Assembly: GCA_041398145.1 (NCBI GenBank)
Contig: JAWKVF010000007.1
Coordinates: forward strand, 2,385 to 66,384
Reading direction: 5' to 3'
Origin: Parvularculaceae bacterium
Lineage (GTDB): Bacteria; Pseudomonadota; Alphaproteobacteria; Caulobacterales; Parvularculaceae
Length of the DNA: 64,000 nt
Part shown: in pieces, positions 58,023-64,000 of the stretch
Numbering within the stretch: position 1 is the stretch's first letter
Layout of the letters: each line of letters begins with the position of its first letter
The notes under the pieces: generated by a model
Databases searched by the model: none
Seen by the model: only the letters and a program-made list of their open reading frames with translations
What the model was told of the DNA's origin: nothing
Position numbers and translations under genes: made by a program

Positions 58023-60146
58023 ATGCTGAAATTCATAGCGACAAGTGCGGCCGTGATGCTGCTTGCCGGCGCTGGCGCCGGCGGCGCGGCGGCGCAGGAA
58101 AGCGCCGACCCGTTTCTCTGGCTTGAAGATGTTGAGGGCGACGCCGCGCTCGACTGGGTGCGCGCGCGCAACGCCGAAAGCCTCGCCGAGCTTGAGGCGG
58201 ACCCCAATTTCGCGCCGATGTATGAAGAGGCCAAAGCCATTCTGACATCGACGGCGCGCATCCCTGATGGTCAGATACACAATGGCGCGGTCTACAATTT
58301 CTGGCAGGACGAGGCGCATGTGCGCGGCGTCTGGCGCCGCGCCCGCGTCGACAGCTATCGCAGCGGCGAGCCTGAATGGGAGACGCTGATCGACTTCGAC
58401 GCACTCGCCGAAAAAGAAGGCGAGAACTGGATTCACGGCGACATCGCCTGCCTTTCGCCGGAATATCGCCATTGCATGATTGAAATGTCTTACGGCGGCA
58501 AGGACGCAGCGGTCTGGCGCGAGTTCGACGCCAGCACGAAGGAATTTGTCGAGGGCGGCTTCGTCACGCCGGAAGCGAAAACCTGGCTGAACTGGTATGA
58601 CGCCGATACGCTGTTTGTCGGCACGGATTGGGGCCCAGAGACACAGACGCAATCGGGCTATCCCACACAGGTGCGGATCTGGCGACGCGGCGCAAGTCTT
58701 GACGAAGCCGAGTTGTATTTTGAAGGATCGCGTGAGGATGTCGCGACCTTCCCGCGCGTTGAGCTAGACGGCGACAACACCTATATCATCGCTCAGCGCG
58801 GTATTTCGTTTTTCGATACCGAATATCACGTCGCCTCGGGGCTGGATGCGCAGAATTCTAAACTGCCGCTGCCGACAGCGACCGATCTTTTTGGCGTTCT
58901 TGACGGCCGCGCTATCTTCTTGTTGCGTGCGCCGTGGAGTTATGGCGGCGCCGACTTCGCCGTCGGCGATGTTGTCGCTTACGATCTTGCAAGCGGCGAT
59001 ACCGAACTGGTGATTTCTCCCGCTGCAAATGAAGCGATTGACGACGGCAGCATCGATATCGGTAAGTCCGGTCTGGTGCTGCGTTACCTCGACGATGTAT
59101 CCGGTCGCGCCGCGCGCCTTGCCCGCACCAAATCCGGGAAATGGAAGAAAAAAGACATCGAGTTACCTGACAACGGAGTCGTGAAGGTGGTCTCGGCCGG
59201 TGGCGGAACGGACGATATTCTCCTGACCTATGAAAGCCTGACCACGCCGAACGCGCTTTATTTCGTCGGCAAGAACAACAGGGCGCAAGAAATCATGCGT
59301 GCGCCCGCCTTCTATGACGCGACCGGCGTGGTCGTCGAGCAGCGCTTTGCGGCATCGAAAGACGGCGTCAAAGTGCCCTATTACATCATGGGAAAAGATG
59401 CGGTGCTGAAAGCCGGGAACGCCCCGACGGTGCAGTACGGCTATGGCGGGTTCCTCAATCCGATCCTGCCGGTCTATTACGAAGACCCCGGCCGGCCGCA
59501 ACATGGCGCGCTCGCCGGCAAGATGTGGGTGTCGCGCGGCGGCGTGCTGGTGCTGTCGAACATCCGGGGCGGTTCTGAATACGGCCCCGCGTGGCATGCA
59601 GCGGCGCTGAAAGAAAATCGCCAGAAGGCGTTTGACGACTTTATCGCGATTTCAGAAGACCTGATTGCAGCCGGCGTCACCAGCCCGGAAAAGCTCGGCG
59701 CAATCGGGCGGTCGAACGGCGGGCTGTTGATGGGGGCGATGCTGACGCAGCGTCCTGACCTTTACGCCGCCCTCGACATTGGCGTGCCGCTTTTGGACAT
59801 GAAGCGCTATAACAAATTGCTTGCCGGCGCGTCGTGGATGGGCGAGTACGGCAATCCTGACATACCGGAAGAGTGGGCGTATATTTCTCAGTACTCGCCC
59901 TATCAGAACCTGAAAGCCGATCAGCCTTATCCAAAAGTACTATTCTACACATCGACCAAGGACGACCGCGTGCACCCTGGCCACGCACGTAAGGCGGCGG
60001 CGAAACTCGCCTCGCTGGGATACCCGCTCTACTATTACGAGAACATCGAAGGCGGCCATGGCGGCACGGCCAATCAGGACCAGCTTGCGTTCCGCACGGC
60101 GCTGGAATGGGCCTATTTCGCCCATATGCTGATGGGTGCGGAATAA
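58023..60146 (+). CDS. Prolyl oligopeptidase (S9A), paralog 2, cleavable signal peptide
   Basis: DPFLWLE, GRSNGG, KDDRV, EGGHG. Confidence 0.95.
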   Translation: MLKFIATSAAVMLLAGAGAGGAAAQESADPFLWLEDVEGDAALDWVRARNAESLAELEADPNFAPMYEEAKAILTSTARIPDGQIHNGAVYNFWQDEAHVRGVWRRARVDSYRSGEPEWETLIDFDALAEKEGENWIHGDIACLSPEYRHCMIEMSYGGKDAAVWREFDASTKEFVEGGFVTPEAKTWLNWYDADTLFVGTDWGPETQTQSGYPTQVRIWRRGASLDEAELYFEGSREDVATFPRVELDGDNTYIIAQRGISFFDTEYHVASGLDAQNSKLPLPTATDLFGVLDGRAIFLLRAPWSYGGADFAVGDVVAYDLASGDTELVISPAANEAIDDGSIDIGKSGLVLRYLDDVSGRAARLARTKSGKWKKKDIELPDNGVVKVVSAGGGTDDILLTYESLTTPNALYFVGKNNRAQEIMRAPAFYDATGVVVEQRFAASKDGVKVPYYIMGKDAVLKAGNAPTVQYGYGGFLNPILPVYYEDPGRPQHGALAGKMWVSRGGVLVLSNIRGGSEYGPAWHAAALKENRQKAFDDFIAISEDLIAAGVTSPEKLGAIGRSNGGLLMGAMLTQRPDLYAALDIGVPLLDMKRYNKLLAGASWMGEYGNPDIPEEWAYISQYSPYQNLKADQPYPKVLFYTSTKDDRVHPGHARKAAAKLASLGYPLYYYENIEGGHGGTANQDQLAFRTALEWAYFAHMLMGAE

Positions 60147-60263
60147 TACCTGGCGTATGGAAGTTGGCGGCGGCTGCAATTAGCGGCCGCCGTTTGCCTG
60201 TGCGGTCTTTCATCCTCGCGCCGAACGCCATAGTCTGACAGCGTCAAACAATGAGGGCGGAAT

Positions 60264-61682
60264 ATGAGCTGGTGGTTCGGAATCAAGCTGTGGAAGCGCG
60301 TGTTCCTGGGATTGATTCTGGGCGTTGGGTTCGGGTTGCTTGTCACCCAGATATTGGGTGCGGAAACTGGCGGAAAACTGCTCGGCGAGATCAAGATCGT
60401 TGGCGATATTTTTATTGGCGCGATCCGGCTGGTCATCGTCCCGCTGATTTTCTTCACCCTCGTCGCTGGCGTGCTTGCGCTCGGCGACCCGAAAAAGCTC
60501 GGCACGATTGGCGTTAAAACGCTTATTCTCTATCTGCTGACGACCTTTTTCGCCAATATGATCGGCCTTGTGATGGGCGCAATTTTCAGGCCTGGCGTCG
60601 GCGTCGCTCTCGGAGGTGCGGCGCCGAAAACGATCAGCGCCGACGTCGGCGGTTTCTGGGAGCGTATCGCCGGCATGGCGACCAAGGACCCGTTTCAGGG
60701 GCTGATGACCGGCGATCCGATGACGCTTGGCATTGCCGCAGCGCTTTTCGCCGCGTCGATCTGGGTCGCCGGACGCGCCGATGAAGGTGGTCTAAAACGC
60801 CCAATCGTCGCCGCAATTTTTATTGCGCTGTTTGGGCTCGGCGTCGCCATGTCGTCGATGGATATTCTGTTCCTGATTTTCGTCTCGCTCGTCATAGGCG
60901 TCGCCTTTCTTTTTATTCCGGGTGAAGACGGTCCGGCGATGCGCTTTTTTACTTACGCATCAGACAAGGTGCTGGGCGTTACGCATCTCATTATGGAACT
61001 GGCGCCGTTTGGCGTTTTTGCGCTGATCGCATGGGTCGCCGGCACCCGCGGCGTAGAGACGTTCACCGCCGTCTTCTGGCTGGTGATCGCTGTTTATCTA
61101 GGTTGTTTGATCCATATGGCGGTGACCTATGGCGGCATGATCAGGTTCCTGCTGGGATTGCCGGTCATTAATTTCTACCGCGGCATCCTTGATGCGCAGA
61201 TGGTCGCTTATTCGACTTCTTCGTCTTCGGCGACGTTGCCGGTGACGATCTCAAACGTTACGGACAATCTTGGCGTGAAGAAATCGGTCGCCGGCTCGGT
61301 GTTGCCGCTGGGCGCGACCATCAACATGGACGGCACCTCGCTCTATCTCGGCATCGTTGCGCTGTTCACCGCGCAGGCGTTCGGCTACACGCTAGAACCG
61401 CAGCATTATTTGCTGATCGCGCTCACCGCCGCCCTTGTCTCCATCGGCACCGCTGGCATTCCCTCTGCGTCGCTGTTCCTGCTTGCGACGGTGTTGCAAG
61501 TGTTCAACGTCTCGCCGGAGCATACCGCGCTTGTCGTCGGTTTCATCTTTCCCTTTGACCGTCTGCTCGACATGATGCGCACGGTCGTCAACGTCACCGG
61601 CGATGCGACCGTCGCGGTGACAGTGGCGAAATGGGAGGGCGAACTGGACGAGGAAAAGTTCCGCTCGAACGCTGTTGAATAG
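60264..61682 (+). CDS. Dicarboxylate/amino acid:cation symporter (DAACS, GltP/GltPh family)
   Basis: AYSTSSSSATLP, GATINMDGT, GTAGIP, DRLLDMMRTVVNVTGD. Confidence 0.94.
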   Translation: MSWWFGIKLWKRVFLGLILGVGFGLLVTQILGAETGGKLLGEIKIVGDIFIGAIRLVIVPLIFFTLVAGVLALGDPKKLGTIGVKTLILYLLTTFFANMIGLVMGAIFRPGVGVALGGAAPKTISADVGGFWERIAGMATKDPFQGLMTGDPMTLGIAAALFAASIWVAGRADEGGLKRPIVAAIFIALFGLGVAMSSMDILFLIFVSLVIGVAFLFIPGEDGPAMRFFTYASDKVLGVTHLIMELAPFGVFALIAWVAGTRGVETFTAVFWLVIAVYLGCLIHMAVTYGGMIRFLLGLPVINFYRGILDAQMVAYSTSSSSATLPVTISNVTDNLGVKKSVAGSVLPLGATINMDGTSLYLGIVALFTAQAFGYTLEPQHYLLIALTAALVSIGTAGIPSASLFLLATVLQVFNVSPEHTALVVGFIFPFDRLLDMMRTVVNVTGDATVAVTVAKWEGELDEEKFRSNAVE

Positions 61683-61739
61683 CGGCCGTTTTGCCGCCAA
61701 CCCTTGCCAACGCCGCCCCGCGGTCCTATAGACCGCCCG

Positions 61740-61940
61740 GATTTCCGGAAGTTCGCTCTTCCAGCTTCGCCGGCACGACCCCCTGACAGCTAACAGGGAT
61801 GGGGCCGGGGAGCGCCGCCGTCGGGGTAACGCCCTCACGGCGGTTTGACTGTTTTGTTCGGCCTTACCCTGGGTTTGGCCGGCCATTTTGGGTGACGAAC
61901 AGGCGGAATTGGTGTTGGTTCTGGGTCCGAAAGGATTTCG
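61740..61940 (+). promoter_or_regulatory. Long structured ffh 5' leader (candidate ffh RNA motif)
   Basis: About 200 nt between a CTTGCC-N16-CCTATA promoter-like element and the ATG; hairpins CCCTG/CAGGG and CCGCCGT/ACGGCGG. Confidence 0.45.
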
Positions 61941-63434
61941 ATGTTTGAAAGCTTAAGCGACCGTCTCGGCTCAATTTTCGAGAAGCTCAAAGGTCGGGGC
62001 GCGCTCGAAGAAAAAGATGTCGACGCCGCCCTGCGCGAGGTGCGCATCGCCCTCCTTGAGGCCGATGTCGCCCTCCCGGTCGCCAAGTCATTCATCAAAA
62101 AGGTCAAGGACGCCGCGGTCGGCGCTGAAATTACGCGCTCGGTCACGCCCGGCCAGCAGGTCATCAAGATCGTCCATGACGAACTGGTCGAAATGCTCGG
62201 CGGCGAGTCGGAAGACGCCGCCCTCAACCTCGCCATCGCGCCGCCCGCTGCGATCTTGATGGTCGGCCTTCAGGGCTCGGGCAAGACGACGACCACCGCG
62301 AAAATCGCCAACCGGCTTCAAACGCGGGACAAGAAGCGCGTGCTCATGGCGTCGCTCGACACCCGCCGCCCGGCGGCGATGGAGCAATTGCAGGTGCTGG
62401 GCGAACAGGCCGGGGTGAAAACCCTGCCGATCGTCGCCGGCCAGACGCCGGCGCAGATCGCAACGCGGGCGATGGAGGCGGCGCGCCTTGGCGGCTTCGA
62501 CGTGGTCATGCTCGACACTGCGGGTCGGCTTTCCATCGACGAGGAATTGATGACGGAAGTCGCGGACATTCACCGCGCGACACGGCCGATTGAGACCCTG
62601 CTCGTCGTTGACTCGCTGACCGGTCAGGATGCGGTGCAGACCGCCGAGCGATTCAAGGAGCGTGTCGACGTTACCGGCGTCGTACTGACCCGCGTCGATG
62701 GCGACGCGCGCGGCGGCGCGGCGTTGTCGATGCGCGCGGTCACCGGCAAGCCGATCAAGTTCATCGGCGTCGGCGAAAAATTCGACGCCATCGACACCTT
62801 TGACGCCAAGCGTATGGCCGGGCGCATTCTCGGCATGGGCGACATTGTCAGCCTTGTCGAAAAAGCCGCCGAGCAGATGGACGCTGACAAGGCGGCGCGG
62901 CAGGCCAAAAAGATGGCCAAGGGCGAGTTCGACATGGACGATCTCGCCGACCAGTTCCGCCAGATGCGCAATATGGGCGGCATGGGCGCGATCCTCGGCA
63001 TGCTGCCGGGCATGGGCAAGATGAAAAAGATGGTCGATCAGGCTGGCGGTTTTGACGACAGGGAAATCAAGCGCCAGGAAGCGATCATCAGCTCAATGAC
63101 GAAAGCTGAGCGCAAGAAACCGGCGCTGATGAACGCCAGGCGCAAGGTGCGCGTTGCAACCGGTTCGGGCACCTCGGTGCAGGACGTCAACAAGCTGCTG
63201 AAAGCCCACCGCCAGATGGCGGACATGATGAAGAAGATGAGCAAGGGCGGCATGAAAGGCCTCACCGGCCAGCTCGCCGGGCTAGGCGCGGGTGCGCCGG
63301 ATATGAAAGCGCTCTCCGGCAAGGGGGTGCCGGGCGGCGATGTCGACGTCGATGCGATTGAACGCGCGATGAAAGGTCTTGGTCCGATGCCGCCGGGAAT
63401 GGGCGGCCTGCCGGGCATGGGAAAAAAGAAATAA
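61941..63434 (+). CDS. ffh: Signal recognition particle protein Ffh
   Basis: GLQGSGKTT, DTAGR, TRVDGDARGGAALS, RILGMGD; Met-rich M domain. Confidence 0.98.
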   Translation: MFESLSDRLGSIFEKLKGRGALEEKDVDAALREVRIALLEADVALPVAKSFIKKVKDAAVGAEITRSVTPGQQVIKIVHDELVEMLGGESEDAALNLAIAPPAAILMVGLQGSGKTTTTAKIANRLQTRDKKRVLMASLDTRRPAAMEQLQVLGEQAGVKTLPIVAGQTPAQIATRAMEAARLGGFDVVMLDTAGRLSIDEELMTEVADIHRATRPIETLLVVDSLTGQDAVQTAERFKERVDVTGVVLTRVDGDARGGAALSMRAVTGKPIKFIGVGEKFDAIDTFDAKRMAGRILGMGDIVSLVEKAAEQMDADKAARQAKKMAKGEFDMDDLADQFRQMRNMGGMGAILGMLPGMGKMKKMVDQAGGFDDREIKRQEAIISSMTKAERKKPALMNARRKVRVATGSGTSVQDVNKLLKAHRQMADMMKKMSKGGMKGLTGQLAGLGAGAPDMKALSGKGVPGGDVDVDAIERAMKGLGPMPPGMGGLPGMGKKK

Positions 63435-63464
63435 ACGAAGAATTGAGACGAAAGGAAAACCAAC

Positions 63465-63845
63465 ATGGCTCTCAAAATCAGACTGGCCCGGGGCGGGTCG
63501 AAAAAGCGCCCTTACTATTCGATCGTCATTGCTGACGTGCGCTCGCCGCGCGATGGCCGTTTCATCGAAAAGGTCGGCGCCTATAACCCGCTTCTCGGCA
63601 AGACCGATGAAAACCGCGTCCAGTACGATGCCGAACGCGTAAAGTACTGGCTGTCGAAAGGCGCAAAGCCGACTGATCGCGTTGCGCGTTTCCTCTCGGT
63701 CAACGACCTTGTTAAGTGGGAGCACGGCAACAACCCGAATAAGGGCGAGCCGGGTGCGAAAGCGAAAGAACGCGCGGCTGAGCGTGAAGCCGCCGCCGCA
63801 GCGCCCGCGGAAGAAGCCCCGGCCGAGGAAGCCGCCGCGGAATAG
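63465..63845 (+). CDS. rpsP: 30S ribosomal protein S16
   Basis: [38 protein letters not shown]. Confidence 0.98.
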   Translation: MALKIRLARGGSKKRPYYSIVIADVRSPRDGRFIEKVGAYNPLLGKTDENRVQYDAERVKYWLSKGAKPTDRVARFLSVNDLVKWEHGNNPNKGEPGAKAKERAAEREAAAAAPAEEAPAEEAAAE

Positions 63846-63871
63846 GCTGGCGTTTCGCCGGGACGGAGTTG

Positions 63872-63903
63872 GCGCGCGGAAACAGGTTTTTCGCGCGCTT
63901 TTT
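63872..63903 (+). terminator. Putative intrinsic terminator after rpsP
   Basis: GCGCGCG-GAAAC...GTTTTT-CGCGCGC followed by TTTTT. Confidence 0.55.
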
Positions 63904-63928
63904 CCTGCCCGCCTCCAACCCGCCATCC

Positions 63929-63964
63929 GGCCCTCGTTCTGGCCCTCGTTCTGGCCCTCGTTCT
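63929..63964. repeat. Tandem 12-bp repeat x3 (GGCCCTCGTTCT)
   Basis: Three exact consecutive copies, intergenic. Confidence 0.9.
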
Positions 63965-64000
63965 CGCCACAATTACGCCGCTGGAGCGCCGCGCTCCCGT

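Noticed and set aside
63929-63964. 12-bp repeats as a CRISPR array, or as an ALVLALVL signal peptide
   Set aside because: No spacers, unit too short, no cas genes; the ALVL frame has no start codon after the rpsP stop.
1-64000. tRNA, rRNA, transposase, integrase, prophage or defence genes
   Set aside because: No T-loop/CCA patterns, rRNA signatures or DDE/tyrosine-recombinase motifs were seen by eye; a tRNAscan-SE and HMM run would be needed to exclude them formally.

Overview
GC-rich alphaproteobacterial chromosome, most like Caulobacterales/Parvularculales by gene order (inference). It is mostly housekeeping: nth, rph, hrcA-grpE-dut-moeB, fabA-fabB-fabI, the rimP-nusA-ylxR-infB-rbfA-truB-rpsO-SDR-pnp run, trmB-ttcA, pckA and ffh-rpsP. 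Accessory blocks: (i) a cysteine-free ArsR repressor with a clear operator heading a beta-carbonic anhydrase and a SulP/BicA-type transporter; (ii) a GT2 plus sulfotransferase pair appended to trmB-ttcA; (iii) an exosortase/PEP-CTERM exopolysaccharide locus (GT4, GT2, EpsD, EpsF, EpsG, exosortase, EpsI, GT2, XrtV-type accessory protein, one PEP-CTERM substrate). That locus has CtrA-like boxes in its promoter, and its EpsG looks like a dead BY-kinase carrying an MshEN-like c-di-GMP module; (iv) a tandem prolyl-oligopeptidase pair plus a DAACS symporter with an unusual hydrophobic insertion. At least seven divergent copies of a ~105-110 bp two-hairpin intergenic repeat occur, four of them fused to stop codons. 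The first ~2.4 kb carries many single-base indels that look like sequencing error. I saw no tRNA, rRNA, CRISPR array, transposase or phage genes. No clearly new system is demonstrated; the best leads are the MshEN-pseudokinase EpsG, the Cys-free ArsR-CA-SulP operon and the repeat family.
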